Of a stretch of 64,000 nucleotides of DNA, positions 54,821 to 64,000 are shown piece after piece. The DNA is from a virus (taxonomy: Duplodnaviria > Caudoviricetes). Position 1 is the stretch's first letter; each line of letters starts with the position of its first letter. The position numbers and the translations under genes are program-made. The notes beneath the pieces were generated by a model. It was not told the origin of the DNA. It ran no database searches and was given only the letters and a program-made list of their open reading frames with translations. The DNA lies in IMG/VR virus record IMGVR_UViG_3300021387_001666, positions 32,001-96,000 of that record; one strand, written 5' to 3'.

Positions 54821-55387
54821 TTATAAATTCTTTTTATGGGTTTTACGTTTCTTAATTTTCTTTAGCCTGTCAGCAATATCTTCATCAATGTGGAGAAAAC
54901 AGAGGCCATTGGTTACAGAGGCTCGTCCTCTTAAATTACTTTCTATAGAACTTTTTGATATAGCATAAATCCTTGCTGCCTCAGAGATACTACAGCATGA
55001 CCTCAGAAACTCTCCTGATGAAGTATAGACATTAATCTGACAAGTTTTCTTATACTCTTCTTCAGCACTCTTGATAAGTTCCTGTCTTTCCTTTTCTTTT
55101 TGAATAAGAAGCATTCTGTCTTCTATTTTATCCAAGTCTTGAAGAAATATCCTGCCTTTGACAGATAATTTTTTGCCTCTGATACAGGAGCGAATGGCAT
55201 TATATGGAACACCAAAAGCTATAGTAATCTGATTAATGTTATTCCACATTCTGATAAATTCCCCATCAAGAGTATATTCCCTAACAGGATTAATCAAAGG
55301 AGCCTTTTTCTCATTATTAAGTTTACCTTCTTCCCTAAGTTTGATAAAGTCAGATAGGTCATATACTACAGTATCATCTTGTTCCAT
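54821..55387 (-). CDS. Protein with two NUMOD1-like DNA-binding repeats
   Basis: VREYTLDGEFIRMWNNI and INVYTSSGEFLRSCCSISEAAR. Confidence 0.65.
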   Translation of the reverse strand: MEQDDTVVYDLSDFIKLREEGKLNNEKKAPLINPVREYTLDGEFIRMWNNINQITIAFGVPYNAIRSCIRGKKLSVKGRIFLQDLDKIEDRMLLIQKEKERQELIKSAEEEYKKTCQINVYTSSGEFLRSCCSISEAARIYAISKSSIESNLRGRASVTNGLCFLHIDEDIADRLKKIKKRKTHKKNL

Positions 55388-55390
55388 AAA

Positions 55391-55708
55391 CTATCTTTCC
55401 AGCATCTTTATCTTATCATTCAAATAGAATATAGCCTTCTTCAAGTCCTCAATAGCCTTCTCCTTATCAGACATTCCTTGCTCAGACTTGTGTCCTTGCC
55501 TAAGAATATATTTAATGGCATTGCCAAGGTCAAAATCCATGTGACGAGTAATATCTATTACCTCTATACCACAAAGGTCTTTAAGCCAGGTATAATGTTT
55601 TGGATGTAGTACTCTCTCTTCTTTTTGTTGTCTATCAAACTCCTCCTGCATAGTACCAGCAGTTTTATAAGAGGTATCTATAGGATGTGAATTACCTGTT
55701 TCAATCAT
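55391..55708 (-). CDS. DUF3310 / T7 gp1.7-like protein
   Basis: HPKHY..IEVIDI..FDLGNAIKYILR..EDLKKAIFYL. Confidence 0.8.
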   Translation of the reverse strand: MIETGNSHPIDTSYKTAGTMQEEFDRQQKEERVLHPKHYTWLKDLCGIEVIDITRHMDFDLGNAIKYILRQGHKSEQGMSDKEKAIEDLKKAIFYLNDKIKMLER

Positions 55709-56147
55709 TCTCTGTTTCCTCCTCTCGATTAGATTGTTCAACCAAATACTCATAGTCTACCTGCTTGATACCTTCAATCTGCATGTCATAGCCCTGATGA
55801 GACAATTCATTGGCTCTTCGGTTGGCAGCTGTAAGATTATCTGCCCACAGAAGAACTTTATATTTCATTTTCTTTTCAGTACCATCATCCTGAAGGAAGA
55901 TGGCAATGAGAGTGGCAATGAAGGAGGGGATAGAGTTATTGATGCTCTGGTCATCAATCTCCTTAATCTGAGAGAGTTTAAGGTTCTGAATCTGAAAGTC
56001 CTCTACAGTAGTGTCTCCATTAAGCAGTTCTGTCACAGCATACTCTGCCTGAGAGAAGAACTCTTTGTCCATCACATAGGTTTCTGTTCTCTTCCTGGTC
56101 TTGCCATCAATGACTCTGGCAACCTTTGCTTTTACCTCTACTAACAT
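55701..56147 (-). CDS. DUF4494-like protein
   Basis: Duplicated pattern GKTRKRTETYVM / GTEKKMKYKVLL..A, typical of this Bacteroidota family. Confidence 0.6.
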   Translation of the reverse strand: MLVEVKAKVARVIDGKTRKRTETYVMDKEFFSQAEYAVTELLNGDTTVEDFQIQNLKLSQIKEIDDQSINNSIPSFIATLIAIFLQDDGTEKKMKYKVLLWADNLTAANRRANELSHQGYDMQIEGIKQVDYEYLVEQSNREEETEND

Positions 56148-56389
56148 ATTTCTTTGAGTTTAGCATTAATAAAATTCTGACGTAACTTAGCAAGCTCTTC
56201 TATGATTTGCTTAGATGTCCAGTCTTCTTTAATAGGCACAAAAGGAGTACCATTGTACGCTATAAACAGGTTTGAGTCAAAGTCAGACAGGGTTATTACC
56301 TCCTCTGCCTGACGATGGATTGACTCTTGCTTTTTTGTCTGGGATCTTTCCCTGAGTGTTCTTATAAGTTCCATATTACCAATTGTCAA
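56141..56389 (-). CDS. Hypothetical protein
   Basis: 82-aa ORF overlapping both neighbours. Confidence 0.6.
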   Translation of the reverse strand: MTIGNMELIRTLRERSQTKKQESIHRQAEEVITLSDFDSNLFIAYNGTPFVPIKEDWTSKQIIEELAKLRQNFINAKLKEIC

Positions 56390-56579
56390 TGTCTGTTATG
56401 TCTGTCATTGTTTCTGGCAGGTCTTTTACCATTACCTTGGTAGTAAGACCAATGCCAGATTCTGATGACTGAGTAATTAATACTGTTCCCTGTGAGAGAT
56501 TATCATCACAGAATTGTTTGAGAGAATTTACTTCCTCTTTAGAAAGCTGAATGACTACAGGAATATTACTTGTTTTCAT
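56376..56579 (-). CDS. Hypothetical protein
   Basis: MKTSNIPVV start just after the polymerase stop. Confidence 0.55.
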   Translation of the reverse strand: MKTSNIPVVIQLSKEEVNSLKQFCDDNLSQGTVLITQSSESGIGLTTKVMVKDLPETMTDITDIDNW

Positions 56580-56592
56580 AATTATAAATGTT

Positions 56593-58980
56593 TTAGTGAA
56601 TCCAGTAAGTCGGAAGGGGTCCCTTAGAATCAAAGCAAGACTTATCCTTAACATCAATGAAATACCACTTGTCTTCTGTGACATTATGGAAAGAATGTTC
56701 ATTAATACAAACCAGGTCATTTTTATGTGCAATGATGGTCCCATCATAAGAGAAATCATTAATGCACACACTAAACCTTGATTCATCTGCATCTAATACC
56801 AAAGAGTGGAGAAAAGGCTTTGCTTCTTCCCTCATAATAGTTTGAATGGTATCTTTCACAAGTTCTCCTATTTCAGCAGGAGCTTCTACATTGGTCTCAT
56901 CATGAACAGGAATGCAGAGTTTAACTATATTGAAATAGCCATTATCTACTATCCAGTCAAAAAGGGTCTTATTGAATCTTTTGAATATAATAGCACCACA
57001 ACCCTGTAAGGGGCTGTTGCAGGCATTCTTCTCCCATTTTGTTTTAGCTTTAAAGTGCTTGGAAACCTTTCTTGCTACCTCATCACCAGTACCTTTATGA
57101 TATGTTCTGTACTCTTCCCAAAACTCTGGAGTATAAGAAGCTTGTACTTTCTTCCACCACTTCCAATCCCACCAAAAAGCCTTGTGTCCTGTTACAGGAG
57201 AGATGAGAATATAACCATTATCTACCACAAACCTTTTTTGCCTTTGCTGAAATTTAGCTATTCCAGGAAAACCCTTCATATAGTTATCATAGATACTTTT
57301 GGCTACCTCTTTATCCATGCCATACTGCTGTACTAATGTACTGTCATTACCTGCATAGGCAAAACAAAACTCTGGACCTTTGGCTTCTTGTCTGTAGTGT
57401 TTATAGAGCTTCTTAATATCCTTAATAGGAGTATCACGAGGAATTTCCTTTGGATAAATCATATAGGCTACAGTTGAATGCATATCTTCTCCTTTAAGGA
57501 ACACATCCATCATGGCTTTATCCTGAGAGAAATCAGCCATTAGGACTGATTCTTGGCCACAATAGTCTATTGAAATCCAGACATTGCCTTTCTCTGCACA
57601 AAAACAAGCTCTTGTAATCTCATCAGCAGGAAGATTTTGAAGTTGTGGATAGGCACATTTTAATTTAGTATCCTTAACTTCTTTACTTACAGGTAATCCT
57701 TTAATTCTTGCAAGAGACTGATTTTGCTTTTGAGAACCACAGGCTAACCTGCCAGTGTCAGTTCCAATAGCCCTAAAAGTAGTATGAACCCTATTAGTAT
57801 AAGGGTTGATGGCATTCAGATAGTTCTGGCCATAAGTACTACATACTTTCTGAGCTTCAGTATAAGCTAAATAAATATCATAAAATTCAGGATTAACATG
57901 TCTTTGTGGTTCCAATACTGATGCATCAATGCTGTCTTTCTCTTCTTTTGTCTTTTTGTCAATGCCCTTACAATTAAAGCCTAAAGCAGTTAAGAATGGA
58001 ATAACTTGTTTGTTGGAGTTCCAGTTGATGTTACATTTTGGAGCTATATCCCATCCAAGAAAGAGATCTCCCTGTAGATTTATAGAAAGAAACCTACTAT
58101 CCCCAAAATCAACTACATATTGGTTCAATTTCCTTAAAGCTTCAGTCATTTTCTTATAGTCAGATGCCATCTTCTGTTGCCATAATGGGACATTCATATG
58201 AACACCACACCATTCATAATAGGCTACAGCAGGGATAAACTGACATTCAACTTTAGCAGCTTGAATGAGATTTAATTTCCTTAATCTCTGAACTTGCATT
58301 TGCATCAGTCTATAGAGAGGTTGAACATCCTTGCCTGCATAAATAATATGTCTGCTTTCCAACCTGTCAAGGTCTTGAGTAAACTCTTCTCTGACTTCCT
58401 TGGACATCTCTTCTCCGAGGTATCTATAGACTAAAGCTTTTAAGCCTACACCACTGTGCTCATAAATAAACTCTGCTACATCGGGAATATCCCTATATAG
58501 TCTTTTTTTCTTTTCATCCTTTTTAAGGTCTTCCCATCCTACTATACCATCTACATACTCACAATAAGACATCATCTGCTCTTCGGAACAGCCTACCATA
58601 AAATTGGGGTAACCCATATAAAGTACCTGTTCAGCTGTCAGGGTATCATAACAGTTGCGGATAATAATATTAAAGCCAAACATGACTTTAATATCAAACT
58701 TTATATTCTGACCTATAATAAAAGAGTGTTCAATTACATCTTTATAGAGTCTGATATTTACCTCTGAAGCATTGACAACCACCTGAATGGTCTCTTCAAT
58801 ATTACCAAACTGAACAAGCAAAGCCCTATCAATATGAGGATCCAATCCTGTAGTTTCCGTATCAAACTGAATCATGTGGTTTGTAAAGGAGTCAATGAGT
58901 TTCAAAGACTCCTCTACAGAACACACCTGATATTGGTCATGCTCAAAAGCTTCTTGTTGAGTAGTGACATAGTATATCAT
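56593..58980 (-). CDS. polA: Family A DNA polymerase with 3'-5' exonuclease
   Basis: ExoI FDTETTG, ExoII NIKFD, ExoIII YAGKD, TGRLA, motif A IDYCGQE, motif B RQEAK..F..Y and motif C VHDE. Confidence 0.92.
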   Translation of the reverse strand: MIYYVTTQQEAFEHDQYQVCSVEESLKLIDSFTNHMIQFDTETTGLDPHIDRALLVQFGNIEETIQVVVNASEVNIRLYKDVIEHSFIIGQNIKFDIKVMFGFNIIIRNCYDTLTAEQVLYMGYPNFMVGCSEEQMMSYCEYVDGIVGWEDLKKDEKKKRLYRDIPDVAEFIYEHSGVGLKALVYRYLGEEMSKEVREEFTQDLDRLESRHIIYAGKDVQPLYRLMQMQVQRLRKLNLIQAAKVECQFIPAVAYYEWCGVHMNVPLWQQKMASDYKKMTEALRKLNQYVVDFGDSRFLSINLQGDLFLGWDIAPKCNINWNSNKQVIPFLTALGFNCKGIDKKTKEEKDSIDASVLEPQRHVNPEFYDIYLAYTEAQKVCSTYGQNYLNAINPYTNRVHTTFRAIGTDTGRLACGSQKQNQSLARIKGLPVSKEVKDTKLKCAYPQLQNLPADEITRACFCAEKGNVWISIDYCGQESVLMADFSQDKAMMDVFLKGEDMHSTVAYMIYPKEIPRDTPIKDIKKLYKHYRQEAKGPEFCFAYAGNDSTLVQQYGMDKEVAKSIYDNYMKGFPGIAKFQQRQKRFVVDNGYILISPVTGHKAFWWDWKWWKKVQASYTPEFWEEYRTYHKGTGDEVARKVSKHFKAKTKWEKNACNSPLQGCGAIIFKRFNKTLFDWIVDNGYFNIVKLCIPVHDETNVEAPAEIGELVKDTIQTIMREEAKPFLHSLVLDADESRFSVCINDFSYDGTIIAHKNDLVCINEHSFHNVTEDKWYFIDVKDKSCFDSKGPLPTYWIH

Positions 58981-59403
58981 TTACTTCTTGTTATAAGCTA
59001 TCATGTTATTGAAGTCAAGTACAATATTATTCTGCATGAGAAACTTAGAGCCAAGCATACCATGCAAGTGAATGGCATGTGCTTTCCTGATATTGTCAAA
59101 AGCTTCTTTAAGGGAGTCAGATATAATGAACTTAGCCACAAAGTTATCACCATCTAACTGAAAGGCAATATTACAGGCTTCCACCTTAAAGACACCTCCT
59201 ACACCTGCAAGAGTGCCATCATGCTCTACCATTTCATACTTGACTTCCTTCAGAGCCTCTTTACAAATAACATTGTCATCTGAACCAGTGTCTATAATAA
59301 AATTCAGTTCCTGTTCTCCCTGATAGAAAGTTGCTATAGGCAGATTAGGACTTGTAAAACCTTTGCTGAATGAAAATGAGAGAAATGATTTATTTTTATC
59401 CAT
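58981..59403 (-). CDS. Retropepsin-like aspartic protease
   Basis: FIIDTGS catalytic motif and C-terminal GMLGSKFL. Confidence 0.8.
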   Translation of the reverse strand: MDKNKSFLSFSFSKGFTSPNLPIATFYQGEQELNFIIDTGSDDNVICKEALKEVKYEMVEHDGTLAGVGGVFKVEACNIAFQLDGDNFVAKFIISDSLKEAFDNIRKAHAIHLHGMLGSKFLMQNNIVLDFNNMIAYNKK

Positions 59404-59430
59404 ACACTTTGTTTTAAAACAATTGAGAGA

Positions 59431-59973
59431 TTAATTATTTCCAGTCCCCTCACCGAAGCCCTTTCTTTCAGGATTATTCAGTGAAGACACCCTTTTGAGC
59501 TGTACTCCTGATGATAACAACCATCTTAATTTCTGCCAGCATGTTGCTTTTTGGGAGAGCTCCATCTTAAACTGTGCGATTCTTGTACCTTTAGGAATAG
59601 TAATAGCTCTGGTGGCTACAACAGGTAGCTTCCACTCATCCTTATCAGATGAATAGCTTCTGTCTATAATACCCTCGGAATTAACCTGTATAAGACCCCA
59701 TTTCTTGAATGTGGAACTTCTGGGCAACAGATGACACTCCATACCCTTCGGAGCTTCCATGGCAATACCAAGAGGAATGAGAGTAGAATCAAATTCCACA
59801 TCTCTTGTCCTGACCTCAGCTACATTTTCCTTACCTTTGTTTCTGATATGCATTTTATGGGCTTGAGGAGCCTTCAGAGTAATATCTGTGGCTGTTACAA
59901 GGTCTATCCAATCTCCCTGTTCAAACTTTACAGGAAAACATCCTGCTGTTTTCTCTAATACTTTTATAGTCAT
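59431..59973 (-). CDS. dut: Trimeric dUTPase
   Basis: WIDL, PRSS, GIIDRSY, RIAQ and RKGFGEG motifs. Confidence 0.88.
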   Translation of the reverse strand: MTIKVLEKTAGCFPVKFEQGDWIDLVTATDITLKAPQAHKMHIRNKGKENVAEVRTRDVEFDSTLIPLGIAMEAPKGMECHLLPRSSTFKKWGLIQVNSEGIIDRSYSSDKDEWKLPVVATRAITIPKGTRIAQFKMELSQKATCWQKLRWLLSSGVQLKRVSSLNNPERKGFGEGTGNN

Positions 59974-60110
59974 TTTCTCTTATACTCTTTTGTTTTTGCC
60001 TTAAGGCTTGTTATAATTGTTCCTATGTTTATGTTCCCTGGATATTCTTTTTGTATTTCCTCCAAGATACAATACCAGTTTGTGTACTTATTATACTCTG
60101 CTTCAGTCAT
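59970..60110 (-). CDS. Hypothetical protein (46 aa, not in the ORF track)
   Basis: MTEAEYNKYTNWY..; overlaps the nrdG stop and the dut start. Confidence 0.5.
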   Translation of the reverse strand: MTEAEYNKYTNWYCILEEIQKEYPGNINIGTIITSLKAKTKEYKRK

Positions 60111-60588
60111 TTCTCTGCATTAATTTGGTTATGTCTCTCCAACTCTTTCCTATAGTATAGTCAGAAAAGTACTTACTATATTGATACAATCTCTGGTTAG
60201 TAATAGGAGAATCTAATCCTCCAAGTTCTATATCAAAGTGTCCAAGTTTACAATAATCCAAGTGCTCAAGGATGCCAATCTTATCTTTAGGAATTCTGTC
60301 TAACCCACAATACCATGCAGTCTTGACTCTCTTATGAGCATACATAAACAACTCTGTAAGTGCGTCTATGTCTGCCTCACCTCCGAGTAATAACAGGCAT
60401 GTAATACCTTGATGCTGATTGAGTAGACCACATAGAGTTTCTACATCAAGGGGAGTACCTTTGTCTTCCCAGAGCTCTCTTTGGTTGCATCCAACACAAT
60501 GAAGTTGGCATCCAGAGATAGAGAGTCCCAGGCTTATCTCACCTGGGATCTCTCTAAAAATTTCCTTACAATAAATATATTTCAACAT
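60103..60588 (-). CDS. nrdG: Anaerobic RNR activase (radical SAM)
   Basis: CQLHCVGC CxxxCxxC motif and TNQR; adjacent to nrdD. Confidence 0.88.
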   Translation of the reverse strand: MLKYIYCKEIFREIPGEISLGLSISGCQLHCVGCNQRELWEDKGTPLDVETLCGLLNQHQGITCLLLLGGEADIDALTELFMYAHKRVKTAWYCGLDRIPKDKIGILEHLDYCKLGHFDIELGGLDSPITNQRLYQYSKYFSDYTIGKSWRDITKLMQRND

Positions 60589-62750
60589 ACATTTTCTTTT
60601 TTAGCAAAATATCTGTTAGAACCTTCCTTCTGTCTTGCCTCACTCCATGCCTTGATGGGCCTTAAGTAGCCAATTATCCTTGTCCATTGAGTAACTTTAT
60701 TAGAGCCACAATGAGGGCAAGTATCAAAGGGATGCTTGGCAATGAAACCACAAGAGTCACACTGAGTCTGAGGAACATTGAATGTGATATAGCTGTTACC
60801 TACCTGCACTGCATATTCCAAGAGCTTGGTGTACTGAGTCTTATCAAGATTATCCTGTAGGTTCAGATGACTGGCCTGCCCACCATCAATCGACTTAGCA
60901 ATCTGACCTCCCTGCATAGCAATCTTGTCAAGAATAGAAGTGTCATCATGTGCATCATAGATGTAGGAGTTATATAGATTTTCATCCTCTGGAACCCAGT
61001 AGTTTTCAAACTTGTCCCAATTATAGTTCTTTACACCAAGGCTTTCAGCAGGTACTAACTCCAGGTTGAACATAAATTTCTTCTCAGAGTGCTGCTTGTT
61101 ATAGTCCTTAATGATACCAAGAATCCATGAAGCAAAGTTCATATAGTCCTTATTGTTGCTAACAGTAAGACCTAAGAACCTTGCTGCCTCATTGAGACCA
61201 TTTACACCAATAGTACAGTAGAGTTTGTCAAAAGAGATATATCCTGCTTTAGTCTGAGGAAACATACCTTGAGCATCCATCTTATAAAGACCAGTCTTAT
61301 AAGCTTTCTGATAATCATAGACCCTGTCAAGAATTTTTTGCAAGAAATATTTTATTTTAGGCATCATCCATCCTGCCCCTGAAGACCAGTTTAACTTTCC
61401 ATGATATTCACAGTCTTTCATAATATCCTGCACAATCCTATTAATGTTAAGAGTCATTACATTACATGAGCCTGTCTGGACACCAGTAAGACCTGTAGTA
61501 GAGGAGAAAGTGTTCTCTGTAATTTCATTTCTCAAGCGGCAACATGAAGATATACTATCCGCATTCTCTGAGAGATATACAAAGAAGGAGTCTCCTTCTG
61601 CCCATTGGGTAGTTACAAAGTCTTTATACTCCTTGTCAAGGACATCTTTACCATCTGTAAGAAGGCATACTGTCATGACAGGGAAGGTAAGAAGGGTTTT
61701 AGTTCTCTCTTCATTAAGCCACTTCATGTATCTCTTCTGAAGCCAGTTGACTGCATCCCAATGAGGTTTAGTACCGTCAGGAAATACAAAGTCATTAAAC
61801 ATGGTATGCCAATAGTAGAAGTCAAAGACATTGAAATTAGTGAAAGGAGACTGATAGCCACGATTGCCTGCTGGTTGATTAATGTAATGAGTAACTGACT
61901 GAAAATACTGATCAATAGTCTGGCCAATAGTTCTCTGTTGAAGATTATGCTCATTAGTGATAATCACATCAGCTTTCTTGTAGTACTCATCTCCCCATTC
62001 TTTTTCACAGAAGTAACTGAAGAAATTGAAAAACTCTCCATAAGCTCCTGCACCTTTTTTCTGAGCAGACAGGAGAAATACAAGATTCTGGAATTGTCCA
62101 CAAAAACTGCTAAGATGATGGGGTGCATGATTCTTAGTACCATCCACACTGCTTGTACCATCTACTAACAGAGGATATAAGGTATAGGCAGAACAGTAAG
62201 GCTTAATAACTGCACCAGTCTCATCATGCTGATAGATGATATGATGCTCCAAGTCCTTCACATACTGATCTCTGTAGGGTGAACCAATCTCTGCTAGCAG
62301 TTCCTTCATCTGAGACCTCTGTATAATACGATTGGTATCTTTATGAAGCTCACCTTCCAGTGTAGCAGAGTTCTTCTTGTTGGAGTTAGCATTATCATCC
62401 GTATTGGAAAGATTAGTAGCAGATTCATTGGAATCCACATACTTATGAATATACTTTAGTTTCTCAGAAATAATTCTTGCCTGCTTATGCTGCTCCCTAT
62501 AGAGCATATAAGCCTTGCCAACAGGGAAACACCTCTTGCATAGCCACTTTTCCACTTGGTCTTGGATAGCTTCAACAGTGGTTTCCTTCTCCTGAGTTGA
62601 CTCAAGCTTTCTACAGAACTGATTAATCTCATGGCTCGTAGTCCTGTCAGGAACATATCCTACAGCCTTGTATGCCTTTAGAATAGCAGTTTCAATCTTG
62701 TCTGCATTAAACTCTTCCTTACTTCCGTCTCTTTTCTGAACTAAAATCAT
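60582..62750 (-). CDS. nrdD: Class III anaerobic ribonucleoside-triphosphate reductase
   Basis: N-terminal ATP cone (VQKRDG), SCCRL, PAES, CDSC..CPHC and the RIIGYL glycyl-radical motif. Confidence 0.93.
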   Translation of the reverse strand: MILVQKRDGSKEEFNADKIETAILKAYKAVGYVPDRTTSHEINQFCRKLESTQEKETTVEAIQDQVEKWLCKRCFPVGKAYMLYREQHKQARIISEKLKYIHKYVDSNESATNLSNTDDNANSNKKNSATLEGELHKDTNRIIQRSQMKELLAEIGSPYRDQYVKDLEHHIIYQHDETGAVIKPYCSAYTLYPLLVDGTSSVDGTKNHAPHHLSSFCGQFQNLVFLLSAQKKGAGAYGEFFNFFSYFCEKEWGDEYYKKADVIITNEHNLQQRTIGQTIDQYFQSVTHYINQPAGNRGYQSPFTNFNVFDFYYWHTMFNDFVFPDGTKPHWDAVNWLQKRYMKWLNEERTKTLLTFPVMTVCLLTDGKDVLDKEYKDFVTTQWAEGDSFFVYLSENADSISSCCRLRNEITENTFSSTTGLTGVQTGSCNVMTLNINRIVQDIMKDCEYHGKLNWSSGAGWMMPKIKYFLQKILDRVYDYQKAYKTGLYKMDAQGMFPQTKAGYISFDKLYCTIGVNGLNEAARFLGLTVSNNKDYMNFASWILGIIKDYNKQHSEKKFMFNLELVPAESLGVKNYNWDKFENYWVPEDENLYNSYIYDAHDDTSILDKIAMQGGQIAKSIDGGQASHLNLQDNLDKTQYTKLLEYAVQVGNSYITFNVPQTQCDSCGFIAKHPFDTCPHCGSNKVTQWTRIIGYLRPIKAWSEARQKEGSNRYFAKKENVC

Positions 62751-62769
62751 TTCTTCATATTGTTAAGCA

Positions 62770-63813
62770 TTAAAGTTTCTTTGTTAAGCACTTGATGATA
62801 TTATCCCCACACAGGTTGATGCCATTGGGAACTTGAGGTCTAAGATTCAAATATCCCTGTAATTCTGCACCTAACTCAAAGGGGTCTGGCCATTCATTAC
62901 CATCAGAGTCTATGAAGGGGCCTCTTTCCTGAGTTAGTGGGAACTTCCATACCAGTGGGGTTAAAGTCTTACCATTTACAACAATAAACCTATAATCATC
63001 AAGCTTAAAATCTTTAAAATAAGGGTCTTTATCCAAGTTAGTACGGAGTAACTTATGGTAAATAATAGCCTGTATCAGGTAATGCCATTTAACAAAAGAC
63101 TTTTCAAACTCCCACTCTGGAGTAGAAGATGTCTTAAGGTCTATGGGGTAGATAACCTTGTTTTCATAATCCACCACCACACAGTCCATCATGCAACGAT
63201 AGCCTACACCTTCAACAGTAGCCTTAAACTTCAGCTGATAATACCTTCTGATAGGAGACAACTCATCATTCTCTGCAAAGTATCCTGATGTAGCAGGAGA
63301 CTCTCTAAGTGCTCTGACCATGGCAAGTGCAGTCTGATAGGTGTTAGTGTCTACAATAGTCTTATCATTATGCTTAAGGGCATTATAGTATTCTGCTATG
63401 TTACCAGTCTTGAGTACTTGCTTATACCTTGTATTGTCCCATTTGTCTCCTTGCCAAAAGCCTACACTCTTAGCCACATTAGACACTATGCTTTCAGGGA
63501 TTTCCTCAAAGGCATCAAAAGGCAGATTCTGGTTGACAAGAGCTTTGCAAATATCCATACCACTATCAGTGATATTAATATCAAGAATGGTATAGAGTCG
63601 ATTAAACTCATCCTCTCCTCCTGTAATTGCTGTATCGACTAAGCTTCCCAGCAGTAATGAAGGAGTCTCTTTCTTATCAAACAGATGGTCAAGACCACTG
63701 AACCCAAGAGTCTCATAAGTTGAAATAGTGGAATATGATAGTGCAGGGTCTGCTCTATAGGTTGGTTCATCTACAAGCCAACTAATATCTTTTAATTCTT
63801 TCAGTATTTCCAT
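62770..63813 (-). CDS. PD-(D/E)XK exonuclease (RecE/ExoVIII-like)
   Basis: LSYSTI, GSLVD, CMMD..IDLKTS and YLIQAIIY. Confidence 0.75.
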   Translation of the reverse strand: MEILKELKDISWLVDEPTYRADPALSYSTISTYETLGFSGLDHLFDKKETPSLLLGSLVDTAITGGEDEFNRLYTILDINITDSGMDICKALVNQNLPFDAFEEIPESIVSNVAKSVGFWQGDKWDNTRYKQVLKTGNIAEYYNALKHNDKTIVDTNTYQTALAMVRALRESPATSGYFAENDELSPIRRYYQLKFKATVEGVGYRCMMDCVVVDYENKVIYPIDLKTSSTPEWEFEKSFVKWHYLIQAIIYHKLLRTNLDKDPYFKDFKLDDYRFIVVNGKTLTPLVWKFPLTQERGPFIDSDGNEWPDPFELGAELQGYLNLRPQVPNGINLCGDNIIKCLTKKL

Positions 63814-64000
63814 TAGTTATGCCGGTTAGGTGCTTTTGCTATATACAAGTCATAGAGAGGCTTTTCAGCCTGATAGATGGCAGCAAGATTGTCCATCTTA
63901 ATAGGGAACTTCTCGTTGGGATTCTTTGCTTGAAGAGCCTCCAAGTCATTATATTCCTTTTCCAAGCATGGGAGAAAGTCATGGAGGTACTTGACAAACT
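63813..64000 (-). CDS. C-terminal part of a gene starting beyond the window
   Basis: Open frame ..FVKYLHDFLPCLEKEY..PNRHN-stop overlapping the exonuclease ATG. Confidence 0.5.
   Translation of the reverse strand, partial: FVKYLHDFLPCLEKEYNDLEALQAKNPNEKFPIKMDNLAAIYQAEKPLYDLYIAKAPNRHN

Noticed and set aside
56593-62750. Introns or inteins in polA and nrdD
   Set aside because: Both ORFs are continuous and of normal length, with no intein ends or embedded homing endonuclease.
1-64000. Stop-codon reassignment (TAG or TGA), known in some crAss-like phages
   Set aside because: ORFs of up to 3815 aa are intact in the standard code, and TAA, TAG and TGA all end well-packed genes.
1-64000. tRNA, rRNA or CRISPR arrays
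   Set aside because: I saw no cloverleaf with a T-loop consensus and no regularly spaced repeats. tRNAscan-SE would be needed to exclude a divergent tRNA in 18273-18740.

Overview
This window is about 64 kb of a crAss-like (Crassvirales-type) lytic phage infecting Bacteroidota. It uses the standard genetic code, and I saw no tRNA, rRNA, CRISPR array or integrase. The left arm (mostly + strand) carries virion genes: a tail muzzle/stabiliser, internal cargo proteins, a 2383-aa giant protein, a holin-like gene and amidase endolysin, the portal, a six-gene accessory operon and tail fibre/spike genes. The right arm (- strand) carries replication and nucleotide genes (PD-(D/E)XK exonuclease, nrdD/nrdG, dUTPase, retropepsin, family A DNA polymerase, thyX). 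These are followed by a 3815-aa virion-type RNA polymerase (DFDVD) and a 1310-aa partner. Bacteroidota TAnnTTTG promoters and intrinsic terminators mark the operons. The main leads are: (1) a promoter-driven, ~460-nt non-coding element with an 8-bp loop-loop complementarity at 18.3-18.75 kb; (2) a recurring [YF]xxGG motif shared by putative capsid cargo proteins and an unannotated 41-aa peptide; (3) an RNAP fused to kinase, SF1 helicase, macro-like and GNAT-like domains; (4) a Cys-rich six-gene operon with its own promoter; (5) a putative two-hydrolase cargo gene flanked by small membrane-anchored genes. All calls come from motifs read by eye; no database search was run.
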